Below are positions 48,401 to 60,400 of a DNA stretch of 64,000 nt, one piece after another. A model generated the notes under the pieces. The model was not told the origin of the DNA and made no database searches. It was given only the letters and a program-made list of their open reading frames with translations. How positions within the stretch are numbered: the stretch's first letter is position 1; the number at the start of each line of letters is the position of its first letter. This stretch comes from Acanthaster planci (taxonomy: Eukaryota): contig NW_019091356.1 of NCBI RefSeq assembly GCF_001949145.1, positions 1,426,789 to 1,490,788 on the forward strand, written 5' to 3'. The position numbers were made by a program, and so were the translations under genes.

Positions 48401-51400
48401 CGCCAGAATGTGCACTCCTCTTGGCTGGTATCCTTGTTCCAAGAGTCTGTAAAAAAAGCTGAACATTTGGCCTCAGAGTCTCATCAGAATTGGTGCATTA
48501 CAACGTAAAACCAAGCTGCAAAATGGGAGAGGGTTTTCTGGTGACTGATGACCAGTTGGATCAGGTTAATCCCTGTCTTGGAGAGGCACCACTCAGCAGC
48601 CCAAAGGGAGCATGCAGATCTTGCTCCGATCTGACGGGAAAAACACTCATCCTGCCCTGCAAATTGGAGACAGATCCTCACTCTCTGATGGTGCACATTG
48701 CCAACAGGTTTGAGTGAAATTGTTGAGGGAGTGGATGGGGCCCAGTCACCTGAGTTGTCAGGTTTCTGCAGAAGCTGCGTACACCCACCCAGATACCCAC
48801 TTGTAGAGGTTTTTTAGTTGTGGGCTGAGGTTGGAAGCCCCAGGCTCAGGACCAAGTTGCCTTTATTTCCTGTTTGTGGTCATATCCATCTCCGTAGAGC
48901 TCTGCCTGGTCCCAGATCAGACATTTGTGGTTTTGGTTCTGCCAAAGCTTCACTTTCTCATTCCGACATGGATTGCATTCGGGAACATTTCTTGTTTACT
49001 GTTCCGGGGTAGTTCAGATGGCCTACATGTAGTTAGCCGTGGACTCGGTTAACTTTAAGGTTGTTGCTAAAGATGCTGCTGGATTTTACTGAGCTGCTCG
49101 GTTTGTTTCCAGGTTCTTGATCTAGCTGTGCTTTGGGCACGGATCTCTAAGCATACTATCTGCAAGCTTCAAGTTCCACTGTAGCCTAGGTTAGGCTTGT
49201 GCTGGAGGGTTATGTCTGTGGTCTTGTAATGCGGGTTGTGGTTTTTATTTTCCTGGAAATTTTTGAGTCTGGGGTACTGTGTCTCTGGATTTGATGGCCA
49301 CTCTTCACAGGCATGCACAACCCTGTCTTAATGACCTTGCTTGAAGAGCTATTCATTGATTCTATTGAGGCCCTTTCCTCTGTGGAAAACTACAGTGTGT
49401 AGCAAAAATGTAAATCTTCTGACAAGTCGTACTTGGGAGGAGAGTTCCTTTGGGAAGGAGGAATGGAAAGAAGATACCGTTAAATATCTCGAGTGATAGG
49501 ATGAGGGGAAAATCACTTGTTGCAAAGTCGTTGAGCATGTTAGTGTACTGCCTTAATTATGCATTGCTGACCATTTGTCCCCAGACCATCAATAATGATG
49601 CAGTGAATGCAACAGGAAGAAGATCCTGTCTGAAATTTATAGCCCCTCCTCCTGGGATGACCTTGCTGTGTCCAACTGGGCAATAAATCACTAGCTAATC
49701 AGCTTTCAGATGAGCTGACAATAGACACCAGGAGAAAAACAGAAATTGGACTGTCATTGGGGGGGTCTTACCTGTGATAACAGTACTTCTTGGGTGCATG
49801 TTGCTGGTGACAGAATTCTGTCGACTGATTCCAATACCGGCTACATGTTAATTTGCAGGCTTTCAGTTGTTCCTACCAACCATGCAAAATGCCACCCCCC
49901 CCATCTAGGTTTTTTCCTCTGTCTACATTGTTCCCCGTTCATTGACACCAATTTAACCAGCATTACCTTGCCATCTGAAATGAACACCTCAGCGTCTCTC
50001 TTTACAGAAGTCTGTCTCCCCAGATGTTATTGCATATTCTTGGAGGCAGTTGCCCCCTAATTGAGTTTCCTGGGGAGTCGTTTTCGACAGCATTGTAGTC
50101 TGCAGTTCTCTCAGATACCAAGTCCCCTTTCTAGTGCTGAAGGTGTTATTTAAATTGCAGTAATTTCAAAAGTGCAGGCAGGCAGAATTTTGCTGTAGTT
50201 TCTTTCAAATTTTTTTTTTCTTCAAACCAAGGCCACAAGGGATGATACAGGTGAGGTGAAAAGGATTAAGCCTATACCTCTTTCATGGACTTAATTGCAG
50301 GGGCTGTTTATTTGTGTGATAAACATGGGGGCAGGGTTTGAAATAACCCTGACTTGCCACCCCTTGGACCCAATTCAGCAGCCTAAATATCAGACGTCTG
50401 TTGATGTCTGACCAAACTGATCCTTCTTTTTTTTTGTATAGTTTGGTCACTGAGTTAAGGGCCATTTTGAGCTTCTGGTTTCGTAAAAAAGTTACTCTCA
50501 AATGAAAGCTTGGATTGAATTTGGGCACAATGCCAAACCTTTACACAGAATTCTATCTTCAGCTACCCCTCCTTGAAATTATCGACAAGGTCCCCTTTTT
50601 ACTAAATGTGTAGCTTAGTAGTGCCCTTTCAATAGGATCAGTGCTTCTGTGCCGATGGATGTCTCTCTGTTAAGCAGTTCCACCTGACTAAATCTTGGCC
50701 GGACAGTTGATGAGGGGGAAGCTTGTGCCTGTTTTTCCCAGAGAAGCCCGGTTGAAGGTGGTTACGTGAACCTGCAACATCCTTAAACCTCTCACAGCTC
50801 ATGCTGGACTCTTTTCCATGTTTTTTGTTCTCTGCTGGACATACCAGGAGTATGTATGCTCGCTGCATTCATGCTTCCAGAATTCAATAGTGACCACTTT
50901 GGCCCCTTTCTCAGATAAATATCTCAACAGTGCCCAATTATGCCAGTCCTGGACAGATTTGTGGCATGTCCCAGACCTATTCAGCAAGCCTTTTCACGCA
51001 AAAAATACAGAGTCTTTAGCCCCACAAAACCACAATCTAAATATTAAATGGACCGAGTTGCTCTCAAAAGATACAGCTTAATCCTGGGGGAAGGGGGGAA
51101 GTTTTTGCCGCCAGGGGTCAGAGAAGAATGTCGCCAAACCAAAACTTTAAGACTTTTATTGAACTTGCATTTTTTTGCAGAGGTTTTATCTTATTCTTTT
51201 AGAGTTGAGTGAACTGGGTTGTAAGGGTAGATCAAAAGTTTGTGGCCTTGGAAGGTTTGGGCTGGGAGGGTTTGGAGTCCCCGGGGAGGGACAAGGCGGG
51301 GCAGTGTGCCCAGGGGCGGTTTGGGTCTTTTAAAAGGTAGCCCCAGGTCCACATTTAGTCTGAGTTTGGGTTTAAACAGGCTCATCAGTCATTTGAGAGT

Positions 51401-54400
51401 TTGAGGGTTAAAAGTTGGTGCCTTGGGACAGGAGAATTAATATCCCCGCACACTCTAGAAATATCCTGAGGTTTTCTTTCTTTTTGGGAGGAGGGAGGTC
51501 GGCCCACCACCATATTGAATCCAATAGCACCCACCTGCTGATGGTAGGCACTCCTGGTTTGCTTGAAAGTACTGTGGTTGGTATACATATGTGCTAACTT
51601 TTGGCCCATTTTCAGAGCAGACCCCCTTCCCCCAATTTTATTTCCAAAATGTTTTTGTCCCAGTTGGGACAATTCATGCACAACTGATTTTAATTTGACC
51701 AGCCTTTGCCCGCTGACAACTCCTCAATGCTGAACAGAAATGACCTTCCCGTCTGAAATGAGAAATTTATTCCAGAACAAGTGGTTTTTGCATGCACCAT
51801 CAAAACAAATCCACTTGTTAACCTGGCACTCCTGACTTCCCCCTTGAAGCCAGTGGTCCAATCATAGAGCAAGGACCGATGGTCCAACAGCGATTTCCTT
51901 TCCATACCCTGCAATTAGGCCCCTTTGATTTAGTGGTATGGGACATTCAAGGTGACATCAATGGGCCCCCCTGAACAATGTGGCCAAGGGCTGAACTGGC
52001 TTGGGGAGGTCACATGAGGTCAAGCCCCTTGAAGGAATTCCCCACCTGTTCATTTCTCACTTTAAGGCAATTTTTTTTCCTGAGGTGTGAGTTTCCAATT
52101 CCATAAAGGGGAAAACTAAATTGTGGTTAGTTACACCATGATCTTAGCCTAAAGGGAGAGAAGCAATAGAGACATGGTTAAGTCAAGATAGATTTGCATG
52201 CCAGTGTGGGAAATACAGAGTTCTGTGCGATTTTTTTGTCTTGCAAATAGGACTTTTTTTTTTTGGTTGTCCTCATGTAAACTTCTTTTCTTTCTGTGGT
52301 AGAGTTAAGGAGAATTTCATGCAGAATCAAATCCGTCAGGCTAGCATATTTGCCTCTTTGCAAAACTCAGTGCTGTACCCCGTGCTCTCACCGAAACGTT
52401 TGTGTAATCCTGCCCCTGTACGCTTTGGAAATAGGGGGGGGACACAATTCTGGTCGAGCTCTACCCCAAAAAGGGTTGAGAGATCCCGTAAGTCAGTGAT
52501 CCCGCTGGCCCCGGGGCTTCTTTGGCAAATATACATGTACTTCTTGTGGGAAGCCAGGCGAATTGTTGGGGTCTAAACATTTTGGTCAGAAATCAGATTA
52601 ACTGATGATTGTGTGACCCGGACTTGACCCTGGGTCCCTTGGTAGGCTAGGCATTCCTGACGCTGCAGTCTCCCCCCCCTCTTCCCCAGACAGGAACAGG
52701 AGCTGTGGTAGTGGAACAATTTGAAGTTCTTTTTTCCACTCAGGAGGGATTTTTGCTCCATTTTTCCCCCCTCTCCCAATCATCCTCGACAGCCACAGGC
52801 AGTCAGGGATTCCTAGCGCCTGACCTGGTGTTGTAAAGGTCACCCGAGGTCAAGCCGACTCTGTGGTTTCCCATCTGTCCAATTTGGGAGTTGGTTTAGT
52901 TACCCGGTCTGTTCCACAAGGGAGACCATTAAGGCTGGCCGGTGGCTTTTCAAGACACACGTGCCATGCCGGCACCTCAGGAAAGCCAGCGTCATCGTGC
53001 ATCTTGATTCCTGCAGATTAGCAACTCTACCTCCTCTGCGGTATTTCGTCCCCTGGAACATTTGCTGGGCTCTCAAGATGTTTATCTTGGGGTACATGTA
53101 TATACAGTTTCTTTTTAAAATTGTAACCTGCAATTCTCCTCTGGTGTCGTGTCAGGAATTTGAAACAAGACAATACCCGTCCTCCAGATGGGCAAAACCT
53201 GCACCCACTCCACGACCCAAATAACTCACCCCCCATCTCACGCCAGTCCAGGGGTGTGAACATCACTGTCTTCAGCAGCAAAGAATTTTACCACAGTAGT
53301 TGATATGCTAAGCGTACTTTTGTAGAGGACCTGCTAAAAGGGACACACATAAAGTGTAGTTTTGGGGGCTGGGTAGCATGTCAGTGCATTGGGGAACTTC
53401 TGTCCGCAGAACTTAGAGTCTACAGATGTGCTCGGCAGAATAAGCTGTGAGGTCATGCTGCGATAAAATCTAATATTTCTGGGTAGGGGAACCGATCCAA
53501 ACTCTCAAGATTGGAATTTGGAATAATCCCAAAAACCCACCTAACATTTTGAAAAAAAAAAAAAAAAGGTTGGGTTTTGTCCATGCAGTCACATTTGCTG
53601 CAAAGGTAATGTTTTTTTTTGGTCATGGTGATTGGACAGATCTAAAGTGTTGTGGCCGTCAAAATTTTTGCTTCCAGCTAAAATCTCAGTCAAACCCTGC
53701 GAATTACCTGAACACCTGGAACATCATCATTATTTTTAGAGGTTTTTTTTTTTTTTGTAGATTGGCAAGAGGGTGATGTTGTAGTCATTTAACTTTGGTT
53801 GTCTTTGCCAGGGTATTCTGGCTGAGATTCCTTCTTTTTTTTTCTTGGTTCTTGAGCAGTCAACTTTTATTGGCTTGAGAGCTTCTCAAACATTTCTGTC
53901 TTCTTCTTTTTTTCCCTTTTTCTTGGCTAGTCTGTCAGAGTTACCGTTAGGATCATGTTTATTTAGATAATAAATTCTGATTCTTGTTTTGTAATTGCCA
54001 CCAGGAAAGATAGGGGGAGTTGACAAACCCGTCAGAGTCATGAATTGTTTAATATAAGGTTCACCATCCAACCCCCTCCTCTGCAGCCCCCTACTGTTGA
54101 CCACCCTCAAATTCAGTTTTGAAGCGTTCAGGCCTCGGTTTGTTTGCTGTCCGTGCTAAGTCATAAAAACAAGGCATTGAAGACATCAACAAACTGTATT
54201 GCAGATGTTGTCAGTGGGAAAAAAATTACGAGTCCGGGTCACCAGCATGTGAGGGACCCAACTTCGGAGTCTCCACTTTTATAGCTTATTTATTTTGTTA
54301 GGTTGTCATTAGGAAGGGGGAAAAATGGCAGTAAAGGAAGGCATCGTAAATCAGACTTTGATTATGGAAATAATTAAATTTGGGGGAACAATTGAACAGG

Positions 54401-57400
54401 ATTGTTGTAATAGAGGTTCAGAGTTTCATCATTTCTGGGCATGTTGACATTGGACTAAATTAAGGGCTAGAACTAATCTTAAAACTAAAACAAATTCCTT
54501 CGGGAGGAGATGAGTGGAGCCAAACTTGTTTTCTGTAGATTGAGATGCCCGGAGTGCATCTTATGAGTCCAGGGGACCCAGGATTCCTCATAAATCACCA
54601 AGACTGTTGATTTTTCAACATATTCCAAACGGCCAAATTGGTCATCAAGTCTGTTCTTTTTACCCCTTGGTCTGGCCAGTGGATGATAAATTACATCTGG
54701 GCATTCTCCTGTCCAGAATCCTAATCCCGGATGTTAAATGTGATAAGTGACGGTCCAGCAGATTTGGAACACACAGATTTTGCTCAGTGCTAAATATTTC
54801 TGATAAAAAAAGAGTTCATCACTACATATTGTACTTGCCGAGTTTGTTGGACACTTGAATCCAATACTCGCAATTCTCCAGATAAAGGATTCAGCCAGGC
54901 CCTAATCTCGTAGATATGCTGAGCTGAAGTATCCTGCTAAGCGAATTCAGGTGCTAATAGTATATCTCTGCCGGGAACTACTCAAAACAATGTAGCAGAT
55001 TTTGACTGGTAGCCTACTGTGGCTGAGCAGATATTGACTTCACTTAGCAAATCTCTGTCCTGGAATGTCCTGGCCAAATTACCTGATTGGAGCTGGTAAT
55101 CATGCACAAGTATATGGTAGTGGCTACAGCCAGTTCCATAGAGTTGTGTGCAATTTCAAGCCACAGCCAAGTGATTGAGGTGCAGCCCTAGCTCTGAGAA
55201 ATTGCCCTCGATGAAGGGCAGTGACAAGATCAAGGGTGGGCCCTCAGAAGAGGAGGGAATGAGAGTTGTTAAGATAGTCACCAGCCCTCACAGTGCCTTG
55301 GAAGTCTCCAGACGGACCTTCTGTCCGGAGGCCTCAGTCTCGCCCAGCCCTTCAGGCCTCAGGCATCTCACCAACTGGACAGGCACTAAATCTAGCTGCC
55401 TAGCCCCTGATGGGAAGAGAAATAGGATGTTTAACTTCCAGAGGCAATGGATTTTGACTGGCCATATGCAACTGACCAGTGGGCTGGTGGGTCTTCTGGC
55501 CCCAATGGTTCCACCAGGTGTCCAGGAGTGACCTCTGCAGATTAGAGTCATTTACAAGACAATTAGTAGGATCTGTTTAGCAACAGTCTAATATATAAAT
55601 CCCTGAATCACCTCCGCCAGCCTGTCGAGTTCAACTTGGTGCTTGGTCGTCCAGACAGCTGGTTCCTAAATAATCTAATTCAAGATTGTGTTTGGTTGTG
55701 TTGTGTCTCCCTCGAGAATTTGAACAGTTGGTTTGACACATGTACCTGTTCGAAAAGACTTCAAAGAAACCAGTTCCTTTACAAACTCTCAGTTTAGCCT
55801 CCTTTCCTCCCCCAAATTGTAAAAGTTGCTTTTATTAACGCTTTCCTGAAGAGTAATTTAAACTTGAGAGAAACATTCCAATATTTCCACGGTTCTTTGA
55901 GATTGTGTCAATAGGCTTTGCACTTCCGAGTTCCCTCCTTAAAAAATGTTTCAGAACCTTTTAGTTTGTCCAAGCCGAAAGTTTCAGCAATTCTTCCTGG
56001 CACTAAAAATTGGATGAAACAAAGCGACGAGTTTTTCATCACTAAACCAGGAAGTGCTTCCTTGAAAAGACCCCAAAGTTTCATGTCTTTCCAGTCTCCC
56101 TTTTGCTTGAGTTCCTCACACTAAATTTTGAAATGCCCAAATGTCCTGGTAATCTGGCTCATTGTCCTCTGCTGGCCCCCAAGCACCCATGACTCTGTTA
56201 TCCATCACAGGCTTCAGTAATATATGCCTCTCTTGGGTTAGAAAAGTCAGAGAGAAAAGAAATTCCAGGCATCTCAAAACCGGGGTCAGGTTTTCAATCT
56301 TCTGACTATTCCAGAGCCCTCTCGTTTCATTTGTTTGTGGTTTTTGTGAATTTGAGATTGGTGTTGTGTTCTGATGATGAAAGTCAAACGAGCTTCATAC
56401 TTTGGGTCCTCTGGGGCTGATATCAAGATTGGAGCCACTTAGTGGTTCACGAGGCCGTTAACGGTATTTCAGGGGCTCAGTGTTTTGAAAGCTTGGCCGA
56501 TATTTCGCATTGATAACAATTATGCTTTGATAATAAGTGCGGGAAGTTGCGTGAAATTTAGGCCCAACCTAACAGATTTTAAAAAAAGGATTCAAAGATG
56601 GTCACTTTCAAAATTCTGGAGCCAGAATTAGAACTAGTCTCGACTGTTTAAGTATGATATATAGAATTGTGTGATTAAGTGTCATTGCCCCAAAAGTTCC
56701 AGTTTTCTGGTTCTGACAGTGTCATCATGGCACACCTGTTGGGCATGTTCCCTCTCTCTTTAGATCATCTACAAAGTAGCCTTCTCTGAGTGGTATCCCA
56801 GTCACGCCCACCAAAGCTGGGTATTGTCCTTCCCTGCGATACCCAGGTACCCAGACAAACCCGGCGGTCATTCCCCCCCCCTCCAACTGCAATCACCTTG
56901 CCACCTGTTATCTTTGTCGGGCAGTCCATTGCCAGAAATTAAGGGGCTGCCCTCCCCTTTGTGTGGTAGCCAAGCTAGTGGCTTTTGACCACACAATGAT
57001 GTGCACTTATGAAAAGTTTTTCAGTGTTTAGGGGTAGGCCTCAGGTGTGTGGTTCATGGAAGGGACGAGAAAGATTGAACAAGTCACCGATGCAACACAG
57101 ATTTTCAATGTGTGTCAAAGGAAAAACAGAGTGGTGGGAAAAAAAGGATCCCTTCAAAGTTTGTAATCGGCACTGTAACTTCCTCTCACCTTTGCCGCTT
57201 TACGACCTCAGCAGGTACTTCTCAGATATTTTGATTGTAAGACCAGAAAACAAAATCAGAATGGTGATACATTGTAAAGTTAAACAGAAAATGTACTCTG
57301 AATAGCTCCAGACAACGACAGACAGTCTCTGTGTGCGACAGCCTGCAATTTCCTCATTCCCAAAACACACGCCGAATAAAGGTGTGCGTTGAACCATTTG

Positions 57401-60400
57401 AACATGGTACAACCTGCCACAACCAGAGCTCGGCAACATTTCAAATCGAGTGGCCATTTTTGCCGTCATCCCCAGCCGACCCACATTTCTCCCAACTCCC
57501 GTGCATGTTCTTCCCTCTGTTCACGAGCCCCCAGGAGGAAAGGGGGAGGGGTTGGAGAGTGAGACTTAAGGTTGCCCAGGCTCACCTCGTAATTATCCAA
57601 TTCACAATTTTTATTCTGTGCTAATAAAAAGCTGCGATTGTTACGAGTTCCAACATCTGCTGCAGTTGTCAAATGATTTGGGTCTGCTTTGGCCTGAAGT
57701 GAACACTTATTTTGTCAAGCTTTTTGTAAGGCACAGAAATTTACACAGGGCTGGTGGTAAATGCTCTGGTGACATGGTCCTCCAGACTAGTGTGTATTTC
57801 AGCAAATTCCTTGAAGGTGCACTGTCCAGTGGCCTAGTGTCAGATATCAAATTTTGTGATGCACTGTTTTGTATGAGATACCAGAAATCTTCCCCATTTT
57901 TCAGGCGACTTTCCTCTGAATTTGCTTGTTATATTTCGAAAATTACCCATACAGCCCTCGATGTTTCAAAGTTGTTTTGAACAATTCCTTTAAATAGTGT
58001 CTATTTCTTGAACATTCCTGTGGGCTTGACAGGTGTAGACCAGAAAGGACAACTTGATGGTTACTTCTCAAAAAGGAAATCTTACTCGTCCCACATTGGA
58101 TAGTATTCCAATGGTCCAACACCATGGCAGAGGTCAAGGAAATACAATTGCAGCTGCAGGCTGCTAACAAACAATCTCTAGTCCTGGCTCGTTGATTTTC
58201 AAATTCAAATTGATACATTCTACCCAAGTCCAGCTCCCCAGAGAAATTAAAAAAGGGTCTTTCGAATCTTGTACAACAAGGGAAGTGGTGTTTCTGGTGA
58301 AAGGCTCTGTAGCGTCTGACCCCTGGGCAAATCCATTTGTAGCAAAATGCTGCCAGATGCACTCAGCAGTCAGTGTGACATGCATCAGGTGCCCAGGTTA
58401 AAAGGGAACTTTTTTTCCCTGGGTTCGAGCGAGGCTGCAGACCCAGTTTTCTGGGCTGCTGATTTCACCTGCCCACGTGCCCCTTTTCGAGTTTCTCCCG
58501 CGCCTAGTCGACTGGCTATTAAAGTGGACTTGTTGCTAGAAACCCCCACGTTTGGTCTCCCAGCACGTGTTTAAGGCATCAAACTGGGTGCTACTTTCCA
58601 CCTTTTCTTTTGGGTGCGCTTGATCTTGTGACCAGACTTCTTAGCCTTTTAACCTGGCATCCAGGGTCTGGGCTCCACCCACCGCATTATCCCAGAAGAA
58701 AGAAACCCCATCTGGGTGTACAGCAACTGCACAACATAATAGGTGTTTTCTATAGGATTTCATCCCACAGAACAGAAAGACAGGGCCTGGTTTTCCAATC
58801 AACTCTTTGATGGTGGTATCACATACCCGCTGAAAAGAAATGCAGATTGACAAGAGGGGGGGAGGCTCTATACGTGTAATCCCAAGTCCTTTCCTATGAC
58901 ATTTCTAGATCAAAGCTGCCTCCTAAATTAATATTCTGGCATTGTTAAAAGGAGTAAGAGGAGGAGATTTTTGGACAATTAAATGCTGGCATGTTATGTG
59001 CTTGATTTAAGGGTTTCTCGCTTATTCATAATATTGAATGTGAAGTAATGCCACCCATCTGTAGTATTCATACTCTTTGGTGTAAATTTGTGTTATGTCA
59101 GCAGTGGTTAACTACTGCCACCGCTCCGTAGGTTTTGTTGTTTATTCTCCTGTGACTTAAGCTTAACGCCAGCAGAGTGAAAGTTGGACTTCAGACATGT
59201 TACTCTTGAGATGCAGAAAGCACATTGTTTTCTCATGAAGTCTTGGGTATTCACTGTTTATTCAGGAAAGGAAAGAACTCTCCGGTTTCTTTTTGACTGT
59301 GTTCTTCCTTTTTTCCCCCTTGTTTTGACCTGATAGGCTTGATCGGATTGTTGTGGATGTCGTCGAAGGGAAATACGAGACGTACCATGTGATGTTCATT
59401 GGCACAGGTAAGACGAGGAACGTCTAGGTTTACAGCAGGAAGGGGCGGAGTTGATGGGGGAGGGCGAGAGACGCGTTCCTGTTTTCCTTTCCGATGCAGA
59501 CACCGAGTAGGATACCAATCTCTTGTTGCACACTGTAGCTTGAAAGAAAGAAAGAAAACTAAGTGCAGATTTGTGCTGCAGGCACAGTTTGGGGGCTGGA
59601 AATACTAGGAAGGTGATACCATCCCCCAGTAGTTAAGAGCAACTCCCCAGTGTGTGTAAAATCATATTGCAGTTGAAAGATTTAGCCCTGTTAGGGTGAA
59701 GTAAACATTATCAAGTTTAAGAGTATGAAGACTACCATTGGCTGCTCCATTGGTATCACAAGGAAATGTAGAAATGATTTGGCTGAAACAGTCAAACTCC
59801 TACAACTTGACACCTGCTGCACAGATCTCTAGCTCCAATAGGTATCATTGCTGTATTTTATCAACTGTGTTTTGACGCAAGTAAATCGGGCAGCGTTTAG
59901 GGCATACACTCTTTGAAAACAAGCATGTCACTTTCAAGGGGCGTATAATGAAGGGGCGATTTTACCGTCTCAAATCTCTTAGGGACATTTTCCTACCTTG
60001 TGGCCTGCTCACTGCTCACTGCTGCCCCAGATAGCGAGGTTCCTATTGAGTTTTTATCCCTGGATGGAAACCCAGACGCAGCCTGGGATGAAACGGCACC
60101 TTGATAAGCCTGTAATCAGAACTCATCCCGCCCACGATTCCCTCCCTGCCAGGCCTACAATGCCCTCAAAGATAGGCACACCTAGACCCTGCATTCCCCC
60201 CCCCCTGTCTAGACTGCTTGCTTTGAATCCCTAAATGATTCGCCTTTGGATTTATCTAAGAATTTTTTTTAATAAAAAGGAGGGAACACGTTTCAGATTG
60301 AAGTGAAAATCTTGCCACCGGCCACTCGACCTAACCTGGTCCTTCCATTTGGAGAAGCTTGAGTGGTTGACGGGAAAATACTCGCTATCATCCCCCTCAA

